A stretch of 32,616 nucleotides of DNA from Desulfobacterales bacterium (GTDB lineage Bacteria; Desulfobacterota; Desulfobacteria; Desulfobacterales; JAFDCJ01). Location of the stretch: contig JASFSK010000001.1 in the NCBI GenBank assembly GCA_050114455.1, positions 1 through 32,616 of the forward strand, given 5' to 3'. The notes below the pieces were generated by a model. That model worked only from the letters and a program-made list of their open reading frames with translations. It had not been told where the DNA came from and made no database searches. Below, in pieces: positions 27,011-32,616 of this stretch. Both the position numbers and the translations under genes were made by a program. Each line of letters starts with the position of its first letter. The stretch's first letter is position 1.

Positions 27011-28024
27011 CTAGATCTTACGTTTACTGTAGATATAGTTTGACAAAGTAATTGACAGGATCAGCAAGCTGCCGATAATCGCCAATTGGTTTTCGATTTT
27101 AACATTGGCGACGCTCAGACCCAATCGAAGTACGATGAGAGTGAACAGGGCGATGACCGTGCCGCCGATATTGCCGCGTCCGCCATTGATGTCAACGCCA
27201 CCCAATAATGCGATGGTGACAATATCTAAAATACCGCCGTCGGCCAGATCATAGCGAACCACCCCCAAACGCGACATCATCACGATGCCGGCGAAGGCGG
27301 AGAACAGTCCCGACAGGCTAAAAAGAATCAATTTTAGGCGTTTGACGGGAATCCCGGAATATTTTGCCGCCTGCTCGTTGGTGCCTGTAGCAAACACGTA
27401 CCGTCCGAAAAGAGTGAAATTCAATACCAGCCACAGGATGGCTGCCAGGATTATAAACATGACCAACGGGTAGGGTATGAGTGTGTTCCCGACGTAGCGG
27501 GTATCCAAGCCCACGAACCATTGCGGAAACCGGCCGATTGATTTATCGCCCATCAGGATCATGGCGATTCCCCGGTACAAGGCCAGGGTTCCAATGGTGA
27601 CGATGATCGGCGGCAGTTCGAATTTGGTGACAATCCAGCCATTAAACCAACCAAGACCCAGGCCGGTGAGGAGACCGAGGAGGAGGGCCGCCCCCATGGG
27701 AATCCCGAGTTGAAAAACAAACGCGGTAATGCAGGCACTCAAAGCCATGTTTGACGCCATGGAAAGGTCAATTTGGGCGGCGATAATCACGTAGGTCAAA
27801 ATCAGAGCGGCAATGCCATACTCGATGAACATGGATGAAGAATCCAAGATAAATTCGAGGTCGGCAAAATAGGGCGAAAGCAGCGAACCGGCGATGGTGC
27901 TCAGAATTAAGAGCGCAAAGGTGCCTGTTTCAGGCCGGACGAATAGATTTCGCCAGTCGGGTTTGGTGGTTTTTGGCTTCAGATCCGTTTTGACGGCTGT
28001 CATGTCTATCGTTTCCGAGGGCAT
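27011..28024 (-). CDS. Sugar ABC transporter permease (RhaQ/LsrD-like)
   Basis: IDLS, IVTIGTLALYRG, FGRYVFATGTN, LLGGVDINGGRG. Confidence 0.93.
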   Translation of the reverse strand: MPSETIDMTAVKTDLKPKTTKPDWRNLFVRPETGTFALLILSTIAGSLLSPYFADLEFILDSSSMFIEYGIAALILTYVIIAAQIDLSMASNMALSACITAFVFQLGIPMGAALLLGLLTGLGLGWFNGWIVTKFELPPIIVTIGTLALYRGIAMILMGDKSIGRFPQWFVGLDTRYVGNTLIPYPLVMFIILAAILWLVLNFTLFGRYVFATGTNEQAAKYSGIPVKRLKLILFSLSGLFSAFAGIVMMSRLGVVRYDLADGGILDIVTIALLGGVDINGGRGNIGGTVIALFTLIVLRLGLSVANVKIENQLAIIGSLLILSITLSNYIYSKRKI

Positions 28025-28026
28025 CC

Positions 28027-29049
28027 TTATATTCTCACTCGTTTGATCGCCTGCATGACTCTGTTTTGGATTTGTTTGTCGATAATCAGTGCCAGGATGA
28101 TGATGAAACCGTACATGGCTTCCTGCCAGAAGGCCGACACCCCCAGGACCGCCAACGCCGTGTTGACGACACCCAGCAGGACGCAGCCGATGACGACGCC
28201 TAAAACGGTTCCCGAACCACCGGCCACATTGACCCCGCCGATAACAGCGGCGGCGATGACGACAAATTCGGTGCCGACCCCGGTCATCCCCGGATTTATA
28301 TAACCGAAACGGGATGCGTACATGATGCCGGCGAAACCGGCCAAAGCCCCGCTGACGGTAAACGTCGTCATCAAGACCATATTGACGTTGATGCCCCTTA
28401 GCTTGGCCGCTTCGGGGTTGCTTCCAATTGCGTACATTTCAACGCCGATATGGGAGTATTTGATAAAGAGCGCGGCCAGTACTGCAATGCCGATCGCAAA
28501 TATGACGATCCAGGGGATTGCAACCGGCGATGTCTGGGACAGGCGGATGAGATCGACAGGTATATGGTTGGGATCGATCTGCCGGCCACCGCCGTAAATA
28601 AACAGTCCGCCGCGGTAGATGCTTAGCGTTCCCAGGGTGACAATGATCGACGGCAGCTGGAGCTTTGTGATCAACAGGCCGTTAAACCCACCCAGTAGGG
28701 CGCCGACAATCGTGCCCAGCAGGAAAGCCAGCCAAATCGGAAACCCGGGATGAGCTACAAATATGGTGCCGACCACAATACCGGAGAACCCCAAAATCGA
28801 TCCCACAGACAGGTCAATGTTGCGGGTCACGATGACCATCATTTCGCCCACAGCGACAACCACGATCAGGGGGATATACAACATGATGCTTCTGAGATTG
28901 TCATACTTTAGAAATCTGGGATCAATGGCGGCAACCACAAAGAAGACAACAATAGCAGTGATAATGATGCCGAGTTCACGAAACTGAAATATTCTGCTCA
29001 AATTGGGCGCTTTTTTTTCAACCGCTTTCGTTGCTGCCGCCGATTTCAT
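28027..29049 (-). CDS. Sugar ABC transporter permease (RhaP/LsrC-like)
   Basis: TRNIDLSVGS, IVTLGTLSIYRG, YAIGSNPEAA, VIGGVNVAGGSG. Confidence 0.93.
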   Translation of the reverse strand: MKSAAATKAVEKKAPNLSRIFQFRELGIIITAIVVFFVVAAIDPRFLKYDNLRSIMLYIPLIVVVAVGEMMVIVTRNIDLSVGSILGFSGIVVGTIFVAHPGFPIWLAFLLGTIVGALLGGFNGLLITKLQLPSIIVTLGTLSIYRGGLFIYGGGRQIDPNHIPVDLIRLSQTSPVAIPWIVIFAIGIAVLAALFIKYSHIGVEMYAIGSNPEAAKLRGINVNMVLMTTFTVSGALAGFAGIMYASRFGYINPGMTGVGTEFVVIAAAVIGGVNVAGGSGTVLGVVIGCVLLGVVNTALAVLGVSAFWQEAMYGFIIILALIIDKQIQNRVMQAIKRVRI

Positions 29050-29059
29050 TGACGAACTC

Positions 29060-30565
29060 CTAATCCGGATTCAGACTTACGGCCGCCGCCGCCATAATCT
29101 TGTCCTCGGTTGCTTGGGCTTTCGTAAAATGACCGGTGATGCGGCCTTCTTTCATGACCACAATGCGATCACTGAGCGTCAGAATTTCAGGTAATTCTGA
29201 AGAAATCAGCAGGATGGCGATCCCCTCTCCGGCCAGTCTGTTGATGATCTTATACACCTCGCCTTTGGCCCCGACGTCTATACCCCGTGTCGGCTCATCT
29301 AATAGCAGGATCTGCGGATCGGTCAACAGCCATTTTGATAAAACAACTTTCTGCTGATTGCCACCGGACAATTCAGCGGCCAGTTGCCGAATCGATCGAA
29401 CTCGGATATTAAGTCTGCCGACATAATCCTCAGTAATCTCCTTTTCTGCCTGGGATTTTATCCAACCCCTGTTTGTGATCCGTTCCGGTATGGCGAGGGT
29501 CATGTTGCTGGCGATGCCAAACGGCAAAAAAAGCCCCTGATGCTGCCGGTCTTCCGGAACATAAGCAACCCCATGTTTGATGGCGTCTTTGGGCGATCGG
29601 ATGTTCACATTGCGGCCCTTAATGGATATCGAACCGGATTCCGGCGGCGTGATGCCGAATATCGCCCGCGACACTTCCGAACGCCCGGCCCCAACCAAAC
29701 CGGCAAACCCCAGTATCTCGCCTTTTCTCAGTTCAAAAGAAATATTTTTGAAATCACCGGCCAGTGAAATATTGTCGATCTGCATGATGACGTCGTCGAT
29801 TTTCACCGTCTCTTTGGTGATCAGCTCCTTGATCTCACGGCCGATCATCATACGGATAATCTGCTCCTGATCCAAATTACCGGTAAGATTGGTTCCAACT
29901 TTTTCGCCGTCACGGAGCACAGTGACGCGATCCGAGATGTCCAACACTTCATCGATACGGTGAGATATAAAAACGATTGCTTTGTCCTGGTCGACCAGGC
30001 GCCGGATGATTTCGAACAGTGTACCGACCTCGCCGGGGGTTAAGGCAGCCGTCGGTTCGTCCATGATGATGACCCTGGCGTCCTGTGACAGGGCGCTGAT
30101 GATTTCAACCATCTGCTGGTCCGCGATTGACATGCCCTTCATCTTGGCCTTGGGGTCCAGGCTGACGCCTAAAGATTCCAGCAATTCCTGGGATTCCCGG
30201 TAGATATTTTTCCAATCGACGGTCAAGCCAGGTCCGTTTCTGGTGTGGCCGGCAAAGATATTTTTGGCAACGTCCAAATCCTGGAAGATTAGCGGCTCCT
30301 GGTGAATCAGGGCGATTCCGAGACTGCGTGCCGCCAGAGGTGAAGAAATCCGCTCCTGTTTCCCATTGACCATGACCCTGCCCCGGTCGGATTCATAAAC
30401 CCCGCAAATAATTTTGGTCAACGTGGACTTGCCGGCACCGTTTTCACCGACCAGGGCATGCACTTCCCCCGGTCTGATCTCGAAGTCGACATCTCTCAAT
30501 ACCTGAATACCTGAAAAGGATTTGGAAATTTTTTCTGCGGCGACGATGGCTTCTTTTGCAGTCAT
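29060..30565 (-). CDS. Sugar ABC transporter ATP-binding protein (CUT2, RhaT/RbsA-like)
   Basis: GENGAGKST, DEPTAAL, LSGGNQQKV, DEPTRGIDVGAK; two fused ABC domains. Confidence 0.95.
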   Translation of the reverse strand: MTAKEAIVAAEKISKSFSGIQVLRDVDFEIRPGEVHALVGENGAGKSTLTKIICGVYESDRGRVMVNGKQERISSPLAARSLGIALIHQEPLIFQDLDVAKNIFAGHTRNGPGLTVDWKNIYRESQELLESLGVSLDPKAKMKGMSIADQQMVEIISALSQDARVIIMDEPTAALTPGEVGTLFEIIRRLVDQDKAIVFISHRIDEVLDISDRVTVLRDGEKVGTNLTGNLDQEQIIRMMIGREIKELITKETVKIDDVIMQIDNISLAGDFKNISFELRKGEILGFAGLVGAGRSEVSRAIFGITPPESGSISIKGRNVNIRSPKDAIKHGVAYVPEDRQHQGLFLPFGIASNMTLAIPERITNRGWIKSQAEKEITEDYVGRLNIRVRSIRQLAAELSGGNQQKVVLSKWLLTDPQILLLDEPTRGIDVGAKGEVYKIINRLAGEGIAILLISSELPEILTLSDRIVVMKEGRITGHFTKAQATEDKIMAAAAVSLNPD

Positions 30566-30569
30566 TATA

Positions 30570-31316
30570 CTAGTCCATGATCAAACCGCCGTTGAGGTCT
30601 AAAATTTCACCAGTGATGTATTTCGCACGATCCGAAGCCAGAAATAGAATCGCATCGGCCGCCTCCTGCGGGCTGGCATATCGTTTCAAAGGGATACGCT
30701 CCTTGAAGGCCACAGTGACTTCGTCACTCCAGCCAGCGGTCATATCGGTTTCGACCGGGCCGGGACAGAGGCAGTTGACCTTGATTTGGTGGGGCGCCGC
30801 ATACTGGGCCAATGTTTTGGTCAGGCACATAATCGCCGCTTTGGAGGCTGAGTAATGAGCGCCGGCGGAAACGCCGCCGCTTTTGCCGGCGGCCGACGCA
30901 ATCGTAATGATCCGCCCGCTTTTACGCGGTGTCATGACTTTCAGCGCTTCCTGGCAAAGGAAGAAAACAGATTTTAAATTGATCGCCATGATCAGGTCCC
31001 ATTCTTCCGGTTTTATATCCGGCACACTTGTATCCCGGCATATTCCGGCACAGTTGATCAACACATCGATATGCTGATATTTTTTATGGATCGCGGCGAT
31101 GAGGCTGCCGATCTGCTTGACGTCCGTCAGATCGACGGGCATGAATTCAGCTTGCCCCGCCAGAGACTGAACCTCGTCGGTTACGGCATGACCCTGTTCT
31201 TCATTGATGTCGACAACAATTACCTTGGCGCCTTCGCGACCGGCCTGCAAGGCGGCCGCCCGCCCGATCCCGTTGGCACCGCCCGTAATTACAACCACCT
31301 CATTTTGAAATTCCAT
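30570..31316 (-). CDS. Short-chain dehydrogenase/reductase (classical SDR)
   Basis: TGGANGIG, INCAG, YSASK catalytic motif, PGPVET, YITGEILDLNGG; Asp after beta-2 (VVDIN) suggests NAD preference. Confidence 0.94.
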   Translation of the reverse strand: MEFQNEVVVITGGANGIGRAAALQAGREGAKVIVVDINEEQGHAVTDEVQSLAGQAEFMPVDLTDVKQIGSLIAAIHKKYQHIDVLINCAGICRDTSVPDIKPEEWDLIMAINLKSVFFLCQEALKVMTPRKSGRIITIASAAGKSGGVSAGAHYSASKAAIMCLTKTLAQYAAPHQIKVNCLCPGPVETDMTAGWSDEVTVAFKERIPLKRYASPQEAADAILFLASDRAKYITGEILDLNGGLIMD

Positions 31317-31343
31317 TGGATTCCCTCTTTTTTATTCCAGTTT

Positions 31344-31367
31344 GAAAAACCTGGCCCTCGGGGCCAG
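31344..31367 (-). terminator. Terminator-like hairpin in the SDR leader
   Basis: Minus strand CUGGCCC-CGA-GGGCCAG-GUUUUUC about 30 nt upstream of the SDR start codon. Confidence 0.45.
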
Positions 31368-31505
31368 CTCAGAGGCATTTGGCTCTGGTTAGTGATAAAA
31401 AATTAGAGATAAAATCGAATTTGTTTCGGCCAATTTTATATGATCAGGCGGATTTAACAAAATCGCTAATTTAACTCATGCCCTCTGGGCTTAGACCAAA
31501 GACAG

Positions 31506-31536
31506 GCCCTCCCTCCGGGCTTTAGACCCTATGGGC
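31506..31536 (+). repeat. 31-bp dispersed repeat (copy 2)
   Basis: GCCCTCCCTCCG-ggctttagacc-CTATGGGC; partial further copy at 31480-31497. Confidence 0.65.
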
Positions 31537-31565
31537 CGGAAGTAGGCCCCGGATTATTACCGGCT

Positions 31566-32357
31566 TTAACTGTCCGAGTGCTTTACCGTCTGAAACGAAT
31601 TGACTCCCGAACCTAAAATGCCAAGATCCATGCCTGACTTTGGAAAAAATTCGCGACCGGTCAATTCGCCAATGGCCGCAATGTGTTTGGCAGCCGATGT
31701 CATATGCGCTTCCATGGCGTTGGCCGCAGCTTCCGGATTTTTGTCGGCCACCGCTTTATAAATCTGCTCATGTCCCTTGATTACAATGTCCAGACCGAAA
31801 TGATGAATGGTCAAGCGGCGGCTCATTTCCAGGAACTGAATGATCGAGTTGACGATGATTTTAAATATGTGATTTCCGGCTGCCTCCACGAGCGCCTGAT
31901 GAAAAGCGACGTCCGCTTCGGTGTAAATTTCCAGGCTTTGACCCTCCGCCGAAAGGGTATCAAACGTGGCGGCCATTTGCTGCAGATGTTCATCTGTTCG
32001 GCCCGATGCTGCCAGTTTTGCGATGGCGATCTCCAACGGTACCCGGACCTCCATCAGCTGGGCCAGTGAAACGGAATGTGCTGCCAAGTAGGTCATTAAC
32101 GCCTCTTCGGGCACCTCGGATCTGGGAAGACAGACGACCGTCCCAAATCCTTGCTTGACTTCCAGCAATCCTTTGGCGGCCAAAACCTTGACGGCTTCGC
32201 GCATGATGCTGCGGCTAATCCCGAACATTTCACATAGCTTTTTTTCCGGCGGCAGAATTTCGCCGACCGAATATTGGCCGCTGACAATGAGCTCGGTGAT
32301 CCGCGCGATGACCATTTCGGTGCGGGAAGGGATTTTAGTCGTTTTAATCATTGGCAT
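31566..32357 (-). CDS. GntR family transcriptional regulator, FadR subfamily
   Basis: LPPEKKLCEMFGISRSIMREAVKVL wHTH; FCD domain (EVRVPLE, DVAFHQALVEAAGN, HEQIYKAV). Confidence 0.94.
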   Translation of the reverse strand: MPMIKTTKIPSRTEMVIARITELIVSGQYSVGEILPPEKKLCEMFGISRSIMREAVKVLAAKGLLEVKQGFGTVVCLPRSEVPEEALMTYLAAHSVSLAQLMEVRVPLEIAIAKLAASGRTDEHLQQMAATFDTLSAEGQSLEIYTEADVAFHQALVEAAGNHIFKIIVNSIIQFLEMSRRLTIHHFGLDIVIKGHEQIYKAVADKNPEAAANAMEAHMTSAAKHIAAIGELTGREFFPKSGMDLGILGSGVNSFQTVKHSDS

Positions 32358-32372
32358 AAACCACAGTTATTG

Positions 32373-32392
32373 AAACATATGATGTTTGTCAA
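32373..32392 (-). promoter_or_regulatory. Putative -35 box and overlapping palindromic operator upstream of the GntR gene
   Basis: TTGACA (32392-32387) overlapping the palindrome AAACAT-ATG-ATGTTT (32373-32387). Confidence 0.5.
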
Positions 32393-32616
32393 GGATTTTT
32401 TGCAGCTTGATCCAGGGGGGAATTAATCCAGATTAACCCTTTGACCCACAGATTTGATAATCCTTCAAGCCCGGATGCAGACAGCCTGGGGTTATAATTA
32501 AAAAATAATTTTTTCAATAAGATAAGAACAGCTGCCGATTGTTTAGCTTTTGGTCGGATAGATTTTTATCATTAGAAAAATTCGTCAAGAGACTATGAAA
32601 ATTTGTGTTTGTCATC

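Overview
Bacterial chromosomal window. Gene content and intergenic repeat style suggest an anaerobic deltaproteobacterium (Desulfobacterales-like; inference only). It has three parts. (1) 1-12.5 kb: a partial M20 amidohydrolase divergent from an operon of a metal-dependent amidohydrolase and a complete Dpp/Opp-type peptide ABC transporter, then an alkyl-DHAP-synthase-like FAD oxidase / GlpD-like dehydrogenase / FGGY kinase trio. (2) 12.5-19.8 kb: an AT-richer accessory patch holding a DUF3800 gene, stand-alone methyltransferases, a hydrolase, a GNAT, gene remnants (SPFH, RAYT transposase, methyltransferase, TIR), a degenerate attC-like site and many small palindromic repeats. (3) 19.8-32.6 kb: a sugar/sugar-acid region with a KdgF-like cupin and TRAP transporter converging on a GntR/FadR - SDR - rhamnose-type ABC - MoaD - aldehyde:ferredoxin oxidoreductase cluster. 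The best candidate for an uncharacterised system is the DUF3800 protein paired with a convergent ~60-nt three-hairpin non-coding RNA that has its own sigma70-type promoter and terminator.
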